Assembly (NCBI GenBank): GCA_003670475.1
Contig: QWRJ01000003.1
Span: 841-64,840 of the forward strand
Direction: 5' to 3'
DNA length: 64,000 bases
DNA from: Candidatus Limnocylindrus sp. ZSMar2m-chloro-G89
GTDB lineage: Bacteria; Chloroflexota; Limnocylindria; Limnocylindrales; Limnocylindraceae
Below are positions 1 through 11,385 of the stretch, one piece after another. Every line of letters begins with the position of its first letter. Within the stretch, counting starts at the first letter, position 1. The position numbers and the translations under genes were made by a program. The notes below the pieces were generated by a model. That model was not told the DNA's origin. It worked only from the letters and a program-made list of their open reading frames with translations, and did not search any database.

Positions 1-194
1 TGTGGGCCATCGGCGCGCAGCCCATTGGGGCGCCAGGGTGACCAGAGTTTGCCGCCTGGACGGTGTCGATCGCGAGGGTGCGGATCGCGGTGATGGCGGA
101 TTGCTCAAGTCGCGGATCCATAGATAACCCCCTGCATGTTGGCTGGTGTCTGCTGATTGTAGACTCCCAGAGCGTCGGAAGTATTGGAGGTGGC

Positions 195-1127
195 ATGCCC
201 CGTAAACGTTTGATGAACAGGCGTCCCATGACCGCACGAGGCATCGCTGAGATCGGCGTCCTGATTGCCATGTTGGTCTGGGCGGCGAACTTCACCGTAG
301 TGAAGGCGGCGGTGATGGCGTGGCCCGTCCTCCCGTTCTCTGCGATTCGTATTACGGCGGCCGGCCTGATCGTCTTGCTCTGGACGCATCTGCGCGGCGG
401 GAGCATCCGCATGTCACGACGTGACCTTTTGATCACCGGACTCTTCGGCATCATTGGTCAGGGGACGTATCAACTCCTCTGGGCTGGATCACTCGGCACC
501 ATTAACGCAGGCACGAGTGCCCTCCTTATTTCCGTCACGCCGTTCCTCACCGCCATCTTCGCAGCGATCCTGCGCATTGATCCGCTCCGTCCTGCGATAG
601 CAATCGGCGGGCTGATCGCGTTTGCCGGCGTTGCCGCCGTTGCGATCGGCGAAGGTGCTGGCGCATTTGGCGGCACCACCGCTGGTGTCACGGCAACACT
701 GCTCGCCGCCGCCTGCTGGGCGTCATATCTCTTGGCCGGCGCGCGCGTGATCCCACGTACTGGCGCGCTCGCTTGGACGGCGTGGAGCATGGTGATCGGT
801 GGTGCCGTCTTAATTCCGTTCGGCGCAAGCCAATGGACGGAACTCGGCTCGCCAGCGATTCCTCTGGTTGCGATCTTCGGCATCCTCTATGCCACCTTCG
901 GTTCGAGCAGCCTTGCCAACGTCCTCTACTTCACCGCGGTGCCGGTGGTTGGCCCTGCGCGCGTGGCGAGCTTCCAGCTCCTCGTCCCGTTCCTTGCTGT
1001 CGTTATCTCTGCGGTTGTCCTTGGCGAAGCGCTCGCCCCTGTGCAGGCACTCGGCGGCGCGCTGATCATCCTGGGGATCTGGGCGGGGCGCCAAACGCAA
1101 CTCCCGTTCCGCCGCCGTCTGCGATAG
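195..1127 (+). CDS. EamA/DMT-family permease (about 10 TM helices)
   Basis: ORF 63..1127 is hydrophobic throughout with two EamA-like halves. ATG 195 lies 4 nt after GGAGG (186-190), so it is preferred over the upstream GTG 63. Confidence 0.75.
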   Translation: MPRKRLMNRRPMTARGIAEIGVLIAMLVWAANFTVVKAAVMAWPVLPFSAIRITAAGLIVLLWTHLRGGSIRMSRRDLLITGLFGIIGQGTYQLLWAGSLGTINAGTSALLISVTPFLTAIFAAILRIDPLRPAIAIGGLIAFAGVAAVAIGEGAGAFGGTTAGVTATLLAAACWASYLLAGARVIPRTGALAWTAWSMVIGGAVLIPFGASQWTELGSPAIPLVAIFGILYATFGSSSLANVLYFTAVPVVGPARVASFQLLVPFLAVVISAVVLGEALAPVQALGGALIILGIWAGRQTQLPFRRRLR

Positions 1128-1175
1128 ACTCCGTCAGGCTCGCTCGGTAGTCACCGAGCGCCCCGCCCAACTTGA

Positions 1176-3592
<2,417 letters not shown>

Positions 3593-3609
3593 CCGCTCGC
3601 AACGCCCCG

Positions 3610-3638
3610 TTGACGTGGGGCCAATGATCCTGTAGATT
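3610..3638 (+). promoter_or_regulatory. Candidate sigma-70-type promoter of rho (TTGACG-17-TAGATT)
   Basis: TTGACG at 3610-3615, an exact 17-nt spacer, and TAGATT at 3633-3638. About 100 nt of C-rich leader follows before the rho ATG. Confidence 0.5.
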
Positions 3639-3744
3639 TCTTTCATCCCCCCACTCCTCCCGCTAAGAGGCGTTGGACGTTTCGTGTGGGGATCGCGAAC
3701 ACTCCTAGGTAACCCCACAAGAGTTAAGGAAGGTACCCCCAACA

Positions 3745-5166
3745 ATGTCAATGAACGATCCCCGTAATCGCGGACCACGACGCGGCGTTCGCCGCGGACC
3801 CGGAATGAACGGGGGACAGGGCGGCATGCGCATGCCACAGAGCTCGCTTCCACAAGATGTCGAAGTCCTCTCTGAAGCGGATCTCGCCGCCGAGGGGCTG
3901 CTCACCTTTGCAGCGCTCGCCAATATGACAGCGAGCGAGCTGATGGCCGCAGCGAAGAAGTTCAACATCACCACCTCACAGCAAGAAGATCTGCCGCGCG
4001 TGATCCAGAAGATCCTTACGGCGCAGGCAGAGGAGCAGGGTCAGGTTTGGGCCGAAGGGATCCTTGAGATCGTTGATGACGGATACGGATTCGTTCGACG
4101 CAACGGACTCCTCCCAAGTGCGGACGATGTCTATGTTCCGTCGCCCATGTTGCGCCGCATTGGTCTGCGACAAGGAGATACCATTGGTGGCGTCATTCGC
4201 GCACCGCGCGAAGGGGAGAAGTTCTGGGGGATGCTTCGAGTAGAGATCATCTCTGGAACAGATCCGGAGTCGGCACGCCGACGACCGCACTTTGGTGACC
4301 TCACCCCGATCCATCCGATTGAGCTGATCAATCTTGAGACAGATCCAACGAATCTTTCACAGCGCCTCATCAACCTGGTGAATCCGCTCGGCAAGGGGCA
4401 GCGCGCGCTGATCGTCTCACCGCCAAAGGCTGGCAAGACGAGCCTCCTGAAGCAGATCGCGCAGGGTGTGACCGCGAACTACCCAGAGATCTCTCTGATG
4501 GTCTGCCTTATTGGCGAGCGACCAGAAGAGGTGACTGACATGCGGCGCTCCGTAAAGGGCGAGGTGATCTCCTCAACCTTTGACGAGCCGACCGAGAACC
4601 ACACGCACGTGGCCGAGATGGCGCTGGAGATTGCGAAGCGACGCACCGAGGCTGGCGCCGACGTGGTGGTGCTCCTTGACTCCATCACCCGACTCGCACG
4701 CGCCTATAACTTGGCACTCCCGCCATCAGGGCGAACCCTCTCCGGCGGTATTGATCCGATCGCCCTCTACCCACCGAAGCGTTTCTTCGGTGCAGCGCGC
4801 AAGTTGGAAGAGGGTGGCTCACTGACGATCATCGGCACCTGCCTTGTGGACACCGGCTCCAAGATGGATGACGTCATTTATGAAGAGTTCAAGGGGACCG
4901 GTAACTCCGAGCTCGTCCTTGACCGCAAGCTTGCCGAGAAGCGCATCTTCCCGGCCATTGACGTACAGCGCTCTGGCACACGCCGAGAGGAGCTCCTCCT
5001 TGATGAGGCAACGCTGAAGATGGTCTGGACGATGCGCCGCATGCTCTCCGCCGTCGGTGCGAACGAGGGGATCGAGCTCCTCTTGAACCGCATCGCAAAG
5101 ACCGAGTCGAACGCGCAGTTCCTCGCCTCGCTGACGAAGGGGACCGAGGGCTCAAACCCAGCCTGA
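3745..5166 (+). CDS. rho: Transcription termination factor Rho with an Arg/Gly-rich N-terminal insertion
   Basis: OB/RNA-binding segment [14 protein letters not shown] and Walker A PPKAGKT. The C-terminal Rho ATPase region ([15 protein letters not shown]) is also present. Confidence 0.97.
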   Translation: MSMNDPRNRGPRRGVRRGPGMNGGQGGMRMPQSSLPQDVEVLSEADLAAEGLLTFAALANMTASELMAAAKKFNITTSQQEDLPRVIQKILTAQAEEQGQVWAEGILEIVDDGYGFVRRNGLLPSADDVYVPSPMLRRIGLRQGDTIGGVIRAPREGEKFWGMLRVEIISGTDPESARRRPHFGDLTPIHPIELINLETDPTNLSQRLINLVNPLGKGQRALIVSPPKAGKTSLLKQIAQGVTANYPEISLMVCLIGERPEEVTDMRRSVKGEVISSTFDEPTENHTHVAEMALEIAKRRTEAGADVVVLLDSITRLARAYNLALPPSGRTLSGGIDPIALYPPKRFFGAARKLEEGGSLTIIGTCLVDTGSKMDDVIYEEFKGTGNSELVLDRKLAEKRIFPAIDVQRSGTRREELLLDEATLKMVWTMRRMLSAVGANEGIELLLNRIAKTESNAQFLASLTKGTEGSNPA

Positions 5167-5235
5167 GATCAACCTCCCGCACCCCGCCGAGGCGGTATCG
5201 GCGAAGGGTAGAATAGGTCGAGATCGGAGGCGCAT

Positions 5236-6777
5236 ATGGCTCAGAGAGGTCCCAAGGGTCAAAGGAGAACACGTCCTCATCCAGGAAGCGGCGTTCACCG
5301 AGGAGGCGCCTTCTTCCGCTTCGCCGCCTCCATTCGCCGTGCCGCCTATGAGTTTGGTGGGCTGGTCGAGCGTGCGGGTGAGCGAGCGATCAGGCTCAGC
5401 CTCTTCCGAGCGGGCGAGTTTCTCAAGCATCCGCTGCCGCGTCGCATCCGTGTTCATCCCCGTTTGCGGGAGCGCACCAGCGGCTTAGCCCTTGCCGCAC
5501 TCGCCCATAAGCTGACGCCACACTTGGAGCGTTTGGGGCTCATGCGCAACCTCAAGCGGCGTCAGGCCAGGATCGCAAAACAGATCTATGCCATCAGTCG
5601 TGCCCCAGAGAGCGCTGCGTCGGTCGGCATCGCCACACTTCTTGGCGTTGCCATTGTGGCGAGTCTCCTCCCTGGCCCTGGAGTTGATCAGCGCGCTCGT
5701 GCGTTTGATGAGGGGATCGCCATCGCGGTTGAGACCGAAACGGAGCACACCCCACCTGCACTCTGGGGCGCGGGGCTTGATCCCGATCGCGTAGCACCGT
5801 TAGAGGCGCCGCTGAGCCTTGAGGCAGAGCAGGGCAGCACGGTGACAGATGTTGCGGTGACGAGCCCATTCGGTTGGCGGTCGGCTGAGCCGGCGCGTGA
5901 TGCCTCAGCGGAGCTCGCAAGCAGCCTCGCGGTGAGTGAGCTTGACGGACCACAGATTCTTGAAGATGGAACGATGCGACTCCCCGCTGCCGTTCAGCTC
6001 AGCATTCCAGATGGTCGTGTACATGTCAGCATCCATGTGGTCCAAAAAGGTCAGACGCTTGCACAGATCGCCAAGCTCTACAGCATCGGGCTCATGGATG
6101 TGATCTGGTCAAATCGCTTGATCTCAACAAGTAATCCACCTGCAGGGAAACGGCTCAAGATCCCAGACGTGAAAGGCTATGTCCATGTGGTCAGAGAACA
6201 CGAGACGATGAAATCGATCGCCTCTTCTGCGAACATCCCGCAGGCGAAAATCGTTGCCTACAACGGGCTCCGCTCAACCGATGTTGTGCTCGGGATGGTG
6301 CTCGTCCTTCCGGGCGGGCGCGGACCAGCACTGCCAACGTATGCGGCCTCTGGTCAGTCGTACGCATATAACGGCCCACTCCCAGCGATCTATGACGGCT
6401 TGACCTTCCGTTACCCCGTCCCCGGTGGGCGATTCGTGCGAGGCTTCTTCCGAGGCCATGACGGGATGGACATCTCTCAATCTACGGGCGCACCGATTCT
6501 TGCTGCAGCGGCAGGAGTTGTTGTGCGCACCGGGTGGGTGAGCAACTGTGGCGGCAATCAAGTGGTGATCGCCGTTGGTTCCAATCTCTACACTGGCTAC
6601 TATCACATGTCCAAGATCCTGGTCTCACCTGGGCAGAAGATTGCACGCGGGCAGCAGATCGGCAAGATTGGTGATTCTGGCTGCACCACTGGTCCACATC
6701 TTCACTTCTCCGTTTCGCGTGGCTACCCGCTCTCCAGTGGTTCAACCTTCTACAATCCGGCGCGTTTCCTCCCGTAG
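5236..6777 (+). CDS. LysM-domain M23 metallopeptidase (membrane-anchored)
   Basis: Two LysM repeats (HVVQKGQTLAQIAKLY..., HVVREHETMKSIASS...) and M23 motifs (GHDGMDIS, GPHLHFSV). ATG 5236 has GGAGG 5 nt upstream. An internal ATG at 5542 just before the TM helix is an alternative start. Confidence 0.85.
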   Translation: MAQRGPKGQRRTRPHPGSGVHRGGAFFRFAASIRRAAYEFGGLVERAGERAIRLSLFRAGEFLKHPLPRRIRVHPRLRERTSGLALAALAHKLTPHLERLGLMRNLKRRQARIAKQIYAISRAPESAASVGIATLLGVAIVASLLPGPGVDQRARAFDEGIAIAVETETEHTPPALWGAGLDPDRVAPLEAPLSLEAEQGSTVTDVAVTSPFGWRSAEPARDASAELASSLAVSELDGPQILEDGTMRLPAAVQLSIPDGRVHVSIHVVQKGQTLAQIAKLYSIGLMDVIWSNRLISTSNPPAGKRLKIPDVKGYVHVVREHETMKSIASSANIPQAKIVAYNGLRSTDVVLGMVLVLPGGRGPALPTYAASGQSYAYNGPLPAIYDGLTFRYPVPGGRFVRGFFRGHDGMDISQSTGAPILAAAAGVVVRTGWVSNCGGNQVVIAVGSNLYTGYYHMSKILVSPGQKIARGQQIGKIGDSGCTTGPHLHFSVSRGYPLSSGSTFYNPARFLP

Positions 6778-6782
6778 GGCGC

Positions 6783-8186
6783 GTGTTTCTTGACGTTGTA
6801 GATCTCCACCTCACAGCTGGGCGAGGTGGCGATGGCGCCTCTACGATGCGACGCGAGTCGCATGTTCCGCGCGGAGGCCCAGACGGTGGTGACGGCGGAC
6901 GTGGCGGCAGCGTCTATGTCTCTGTAGACACTGGCCAGACCACGCTGCGCGACTTTGAGCAGAAGCGCTTTCTCACCGCGGGAGATGGTGGGAACGGTGG
7001 CAATAAGCAGTCACACGGGAAGGCGGGGAGAGAGCTAGAGATCGGCGTCCCGCCTGGCACTGCAATCTTCGACGCCGTGAGCGGCGACCTGATCGCCGAC
7101 ATCGTCTCGCGTGAACAGCGCGTGATGATCGTCAAAGGTGGACGCGGAGGCCTCGGGAACGCCCACTTTGTGACCTCAACGCATCAGGCACCACGTCACG
7201 CGCAGAAGGGGGAGCCTGGCGAGGTGCGCGCCGTGCGCTTTGAGCTGCGCCTGATCGCCGACGTTGGACTCGTTGGCCTCCCGAACGCGGGGAAGTCCAC
7301 CACGCTTGCTGCGCTCACCGCAGCACAGCCGAAGATTGGCGACTACCCGTTCACCACCCTTGAGCCAAACCTTGGCGTTCTTGAACTCGGCCTAGAGGAT
7401 GGTCGTCGTCCAACTATCGCTGATCTCCCAGGGCTGATTGAAGGTGCATCAATGGGGGCTGGACTCGGCTTCGCCTTCTTGCGTCACGCCTCACGCACGC
7501 GGATCCTGGTCCACGTTGTTGACGCCTCCGCCGCTGACCCGCTGCGCGACGCAGGGATCATTCGTGACGAACTCTCTGCGCATAACCCTGCGCTCCTTGA
7601 GAAGACCACGCTGATCGTCTTAAACAAGATTGACCGCCCTGGTGTCCACGAGCGACTCGTCGAACTACAAGAAGGGTTTGCCAAGCTCGGCCTCAACAGC
7701 GTCGCCTGTTCAGCGCTTGGCGGCACCCTAGGTGAGGGTGTGGGCGCCCTCCGGAAAGAGTTGGCACGACTCCTCCCTGACGCTGAGACACTCTCGCTTC
7801 CAACCGAACCTGCTGGTGTGGTGGTGCACCGCATCGATCCGATTGCAATCTCTGGATTTGAGGTGAGCCGTGAAGGTGTTGCCTTCCGTGTGCGCGGCAA
7901 GGCGATTGAGCGCTTGGTGCATCAGACCGACTTCGCGCGCGATGAATCTGCCGAGCGCTTCCATCACGAGCTGAAGCGACAGGGGATTGAGGAGGCGCTC
8001 CGCAAGGCTGGATGCCGTGCAGGTGACTCCGTGTTGATTGGCGACCTTGCGTTGGAGTGGGACGACCCGGATGACAGCGGCCTCTTGAACGCCGCTGATG
8101 CGGCGGATGTTGCCGACCTAGAGTTGGAAGAGATTGGCGAAACACTAGAAGAGGCGGCAACCGGAAGTTCGGAGGGGAGCCAGTGA
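6783..8186 (+). CDS. obg: GTPase Obg/CgtA with an acidic C-terminal tail
   Basis: Gly-rich Obg fold (GGDGGRGGSVYV), G1 motif GLPNAGKST, and an Obg C-terminal domain. Start is GTG. Confidence 0.95.
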   Translation: MFLDVVDLHLTAGRGGDGASTMRRESHVPRGGPDGGDGGRGGSVYVSVDTGQTTLRDFEQKRFLTAGDGGNGGNKQSHGKAGRELEIGVPPGTAIFDAVSGDLIADIVSREQRVMIVKGGRGGLGNAHFVTSTHQAPRHAQKGEPGEVRAVRFELRLIADVGLVGLPNAGKSTTLAALTAAQPKIGDYPFTTLEPNLGVLELGLEDGRRPTIADLPGLIEGASMGAGLGFAFLRHASRTRILVHVVDASAADPLRDAGIIRDELSAHNPALLEKTTLIVLNKIDRPGVHERLVELQEGFAKLGLNSVACSALGGTLGEGVGALRKELARLLPDAETLSLPTEPAGVVVHRIDPIAISGFEVSREGVAFRVRGKAIERLVHQTDFARDESAERFHHELKRQGIEEALRKAGCRAGDSVLIGDLALEWDDPDDSGLLNAADAADVADLELEEIGETLEEAATGSSEGSQ

Positions 8187-8857
8187 GCAAGATCGGCGTC
8201 CTCGGCGGAACCTTCGATCCGATTCACGACGGACATCTTGCGCTCGGCCAGGCCGCCTGCGACCTGCTGAAGCTTGATCGCGTCCTCTTCGTGCCCGCTG
8301 CGCGACCACCGCACAAGGTGAATGACCGCGTCACCGACGCCGTGATTCGTTGCGAGATGGTGCAACTCGCCATTGCAGGAAACCCACACTTTGAGCTGAA
8401 CCGTGCAGAGCTTGATCGTCCGGGCCTTTCGTACACGATCGACACGCTGCGCGATCTTGCCGCTACTGCCGAACCTGGGAAGCCGCACGAGCTCTACCTG
8501 ATCCTCTCGGTTGAATCACTCCTTGGCTTTCATGAGTGGGAGGATCCATCTGCAATTCTGGACCTCGCTCGCGTTGCCGCGCTCCCGCGACCTGGAACAC
8601 CAACGCCGGATCGCGCTTGGCTGACACGCCACTTCCCTGGACGTGAGGATCGCTTCCTCTACCTTGACGGCTTCCACCTCTCCCACGCAAGCCGTGAACT
8701 CCGTGCGCTTGCGGCGCGTGGGCGCTCACTTCGCTACCTGGTGCCTGGCGCCGTAGCCGACTACATCAAGAAGAGCGGCCTCTACCTTGATCGACCAGAG
8801 CTCATCCTGAAGCGACCAATTGAGCGCGATGACATCCCAGTTGATCCAGCAACGTGA
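8183..8857 (+). CDS. nadD: Nicotinate-nucleotide adenylyltransferase
   Basis: GVLGGTFDPIHDGH motif. The start overlaps the obg stop as GTGA, and GGAGGGGA lies upstream. Confidence 0.9.
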   Translation: MSKIGVLGGTFDPIHDGHLALGQAACDLLKLDRVLFVPAARPPHKVNDRVTDAVIRCEMVQLAIAGNPHFELNRAELDRPGLSYTIDTLRDLAATAEPGKPHELYLILSVESLLGFHEWEDPSAILDLARVAALPRPGTPTPDRAWLTRHFPGREDRFLYLDGFHLSHASRELRALAARGRSLRYLVPGAVADYIKKSGLYLDRPELILKRPIERDDIPVDPAT

Positions 8858-8878
8858 CGGCTCAGGTAGGCTGAGCTG

Positions 8879-9244
8879 GTGATTCAGAAGCAACGCAGTA
8901 TTGAGCCCCACGATCTTGCGCGGAAGGTTGCCCTCCTAGCCGAAGATAAGAAGGCGGCCGACATCATCGTCCTTGACGTTGCTGGGCTTACCACGGTCGC
9001 AGAAGCCTTCGTCATCTGCACTGGCGGCTCTGAACCGCAACTCTCCGCGATCACCGCGAGCATCGTGGACGGTCTCGCCGCAGAGGAGATCACGCCGTCG
9101 CACCGGCATCGCGCGCCGTCGTCCCACTGGATCGTCTTGGATTACGGCTCCGTGATCGTGCACATCTTTACGCCGCCAGAGCGCGACTTCTACAAGCTTG
9201 AGCAGCTCTGGTCGTCTGCGAAAGTGCTGCTCCGAATTCAGTAA
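8879..9244 (+). CDS. rsfS: Ribosome silencing factor RsfS (iojap family)
   Basis: KKAADIIVLDV...FVICTG...VIVHIF pattern, 121 aa, and the usual position after nadD. Confidence 0.9.
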   Translation: MIQKQRSIEPHDLARKVALLAEDKKAADIIVLDVAGLTTVAEAFVICTGGSEPQLSAITASIVDGLAAEEITPSHRHRAPSSHWIVLDYGSVIVHIFTPPERDFYKLEQLWSSAKVLLRIQ

Positions 9245-9251
9245 GGGGCTC

Positions 9252-10304
9252 TCAGCCGATTCGGGCGGCGCTCCATCGCGTTAGTGCCGGACCCCAGGCA
9301 CGCTCACCGTCACCCTTAGAGACCGCGTCGAGCTCTACAAGGCCAGTGATCGCATCGGAGATCTCCCGAGCACTCCAGCGACGCGCCGCATCGGCGAGCT
9401 TTCCAGCGGGGAACTCGTGCATGTGGAGTTCTCGCGCCACCTGACCGATTGGCTTCCCCTCTTCAATGACCGCACCATGAATCTGTGCAAGGTCGCGCAT
9501 CTTGCGGTGGAGCGTCGCCACCACCATCGGCCCCGGCTCACTGATTGCGCGACCGAGATGCCGTGCGGCGAGTGGCCCACTGCGCGCCACGATCGCATCC
9601 GCAAAGGCGAAGAGTGATCCAACTCCACGATCTGCAACGAGGAGCTGTACCGCCTTCAGCGGGATCGTTCCGGTAGGCATCGCGAGCATCAACTTCTCAA
9701 GCTCAACCGCCGCCGTCATCCGCATCCCACTGCGATCAAGATCTGGCTCGCGTACCTCTGCGCCGAGCCGCTCAGCAATATCTTTCGCCGCATCGCCAGC
9801 GATCTCGCGCCCCGCCGCCTGCGCACGCTGCAAGATCCACGACGCAAGCTCGCCAGGCCCAGGTGAGATGCAGCTCAGCACGGAGCCGCCAACGTCCTGT
9901 ACCAGTAGCCCAAGTTCGCCAGGGCCATCAGGACGCGCAGCGCGCAGGTTTGGCCGACGTGCGCGTTGATCAACGAGCGCCACCGCGTTCCCAGGCGCAA
10001 TGTTCGCGAGTGCGCTCGCAACCCCACCGCGTAGTTCTTTGGTTCGCGCCAAGCGCCCAGCACCCGCCACCACCATCAGCGAGCCGCCACCGAAGAGGCC
10101 GCCCGTCCCTAACTTCTGCGCCAGGTTGCTTAGCACCGCCGCACCGTCTCCAGAGCCACGTCCCTCCGCCTTCAGCCGTACGCGGTCTGGCGCCCCCATC
10201 CCACCCACAGCAAGCTGCTGCGCGAGCGCATCTACCGCCTCCTCGATCAGGAGGAGGTCATCGCCCCAGGCGAGGAGTACCGCAGGGTTCGTTGGCTTTG
10301 CCAT
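9252..10304 (-). CDS. holA: DNA polymerase III delta subunit
   Basis: Size and the N-terminal LLAWGDDLLLIEEAVDAL pattern are typical of HolA. It sits in a region that also carries rpsT. Confidence 0.8.
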   Translation of the reverse strand: MAKPTNPAVLLAWGDDLLLIEEAVDALAQQLAVGGMGAPDRVRLKAEGRGSGDGAAVLSNLAQKLGTGGLFGGGSLMVVAGAGRLARTKELRGGVASALANIAPGNAVALVDQRARRPNLRAARPDGPGELGLLVQDVGGSVLSCISPGPGELASWILQRAQAAGREIAGDAAKDIAERLGAEVREPDLDRSGMRMTAAVELEKLMLAMPTGTIPLKAVQLLVADRGVGSLFAFADAIVARSGPLAARHLGRAISEPGPMVVATLHRKMRDLAQIHGAVIEEGKPIGQVARELHMHEFPAGKLADAARRWSAREISDAITGLVELDAVSKGDGERAWGPALTRWSAARIG

Positions 10305-10430
10305 GCGCCGATGGTAGCGGCTGGGGCGGGAGGAGTCGCCCCAGCGAGCACAGACTGAGAGGGGTTACTTACCGAAAGCTTATTAGCCCACTACAGCATC
10401 TAATTCCTAAGACACCGTTGTTCAGCGCCG

Positions 10431-11372
10431 CTAGATCTTCTCCAGCTGCGGCTTCACCTCTTCGGCGAAGCGGATGAGGGACTCCTCATCGTGCGGGGTG
10501 GAGAAGCCGGCGATCAGATGCTTGTAGCCGAGTTTCACGTATGGGGCGAGCTGCTCCACGATCTGGTCGACGCTGCCAACAGGCTGGTTCTCCCAGAGTG
10601 GTGAGATGCCGTTCCTGCCGAACTGCGCTTCGTAGATCTTCTGCGCCTCGGCAGGGTTGTTGCGGATGACCATGTTCCCAACACCAACGGTGCGTTCGAT
10701 CTCGTCTGGGTTGCGGCCAACGGCGGCGCAGTGCTTCAAGAGCACCTCTTCCTTATGCGCAACCTGCTCTGGCGTGCCGCCAACATTGTTGCCGTCGCCG
10801 TACTTCGCCACGAGCTTTAGCGTCACCTGCTCGCCACCGCCACCGATAAAGATCGGAAGGTGCTTCTGCACCGGTGCTGGGAGGTTGCGAACGGTCTGTG
10901 ACTTGTAGCGTGGGCCGGTTGCGGTTGGCTCCGTGCCGTCCAACATGCCGCGCATGATCGGAAGCGCCTCTCCCAACCAGCGGAGACGTTCAGGGAAGCC
11001 GTCGCCAAAGTTCAGACCAAAGTGTTGATGCTCCTCTTCGAACCAGGCGGCGCCGATGCCGAGGATGGCGCGACCACCAGAGATGTGATCGAGCGTGGTG
11101 GCGAGCTTTGCGGTGAGCGCTGGCTCGCGGAAGGTGTTCGCGCCGACCATCAGGCCGATGCGCACGTTCTTGGTGGCTTCGGCCCAGGCGACGAGTGTGG
11201 ACCAGCCTTCAAAGATTGGACCGTTCGGATTGCCGATGATCGGATAGACGTGGTCCCACGTCCAGAGGTTGTCGTAGCCGACGCGATCAGCAGTGACGGC
11301 CATGGAGCGCATGGATGCCCACTCGGTGAACTGTGGCCAGATGAGTGCGCCGATCTTGACCTTCTCGTTCAC
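10431..11372 (-). CDS. Luciferase-like (LLM-class, F420-type) oxidoreductase
   Basis: TIM-barrel LLM pattern (KIGALIWPQ..., GYDNLWTWDH, GGRAILGIGAAW). GTG 11372 has AGGAGG 6 nt upstream. The longer ORF to 11414 would overlap the leuS stop. Confidence 0.8.
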   Translation of the reverse strand: MNEKVKIGALIWPQFTEWASMRSMAVTADRVGYDNLWTWDHVYPIIGNPNGPIFEGWSTLVAWAEATKNVRIGLMVGANTFREPALTAKLATTLDHISGGRAILGIGAAWFEEEHQHFGLNFGDGFPERLRWLGEALPIMRGMLDGTEPTATGPRYKSQTVRNLPAPVQKHLPIFIGGGGEQVTLKLVAKYGDGNNVGGTPEQVAHKEEVLLKHCAAVGRNPDEIERTVGVGNMVIRNNPAEAQKIYEAQFGRNGISPLWENQPVGSVDQIVEQLAPYVKLGYKHLIAGFSTPHDEESLIRFAEEVKPQLEKI

Positions 11373-11385
11373 GGTGAACCTCCTG

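Noticed and set aside
5152-5457. A 101-aa minus-strand ORF in the gap after rho.
   Set aside because: It would overlap the rho 3' end. It has no SD, and its C-terminal half is low-complexity. It cannot be told apart from a shadow of the plus-strand frame.
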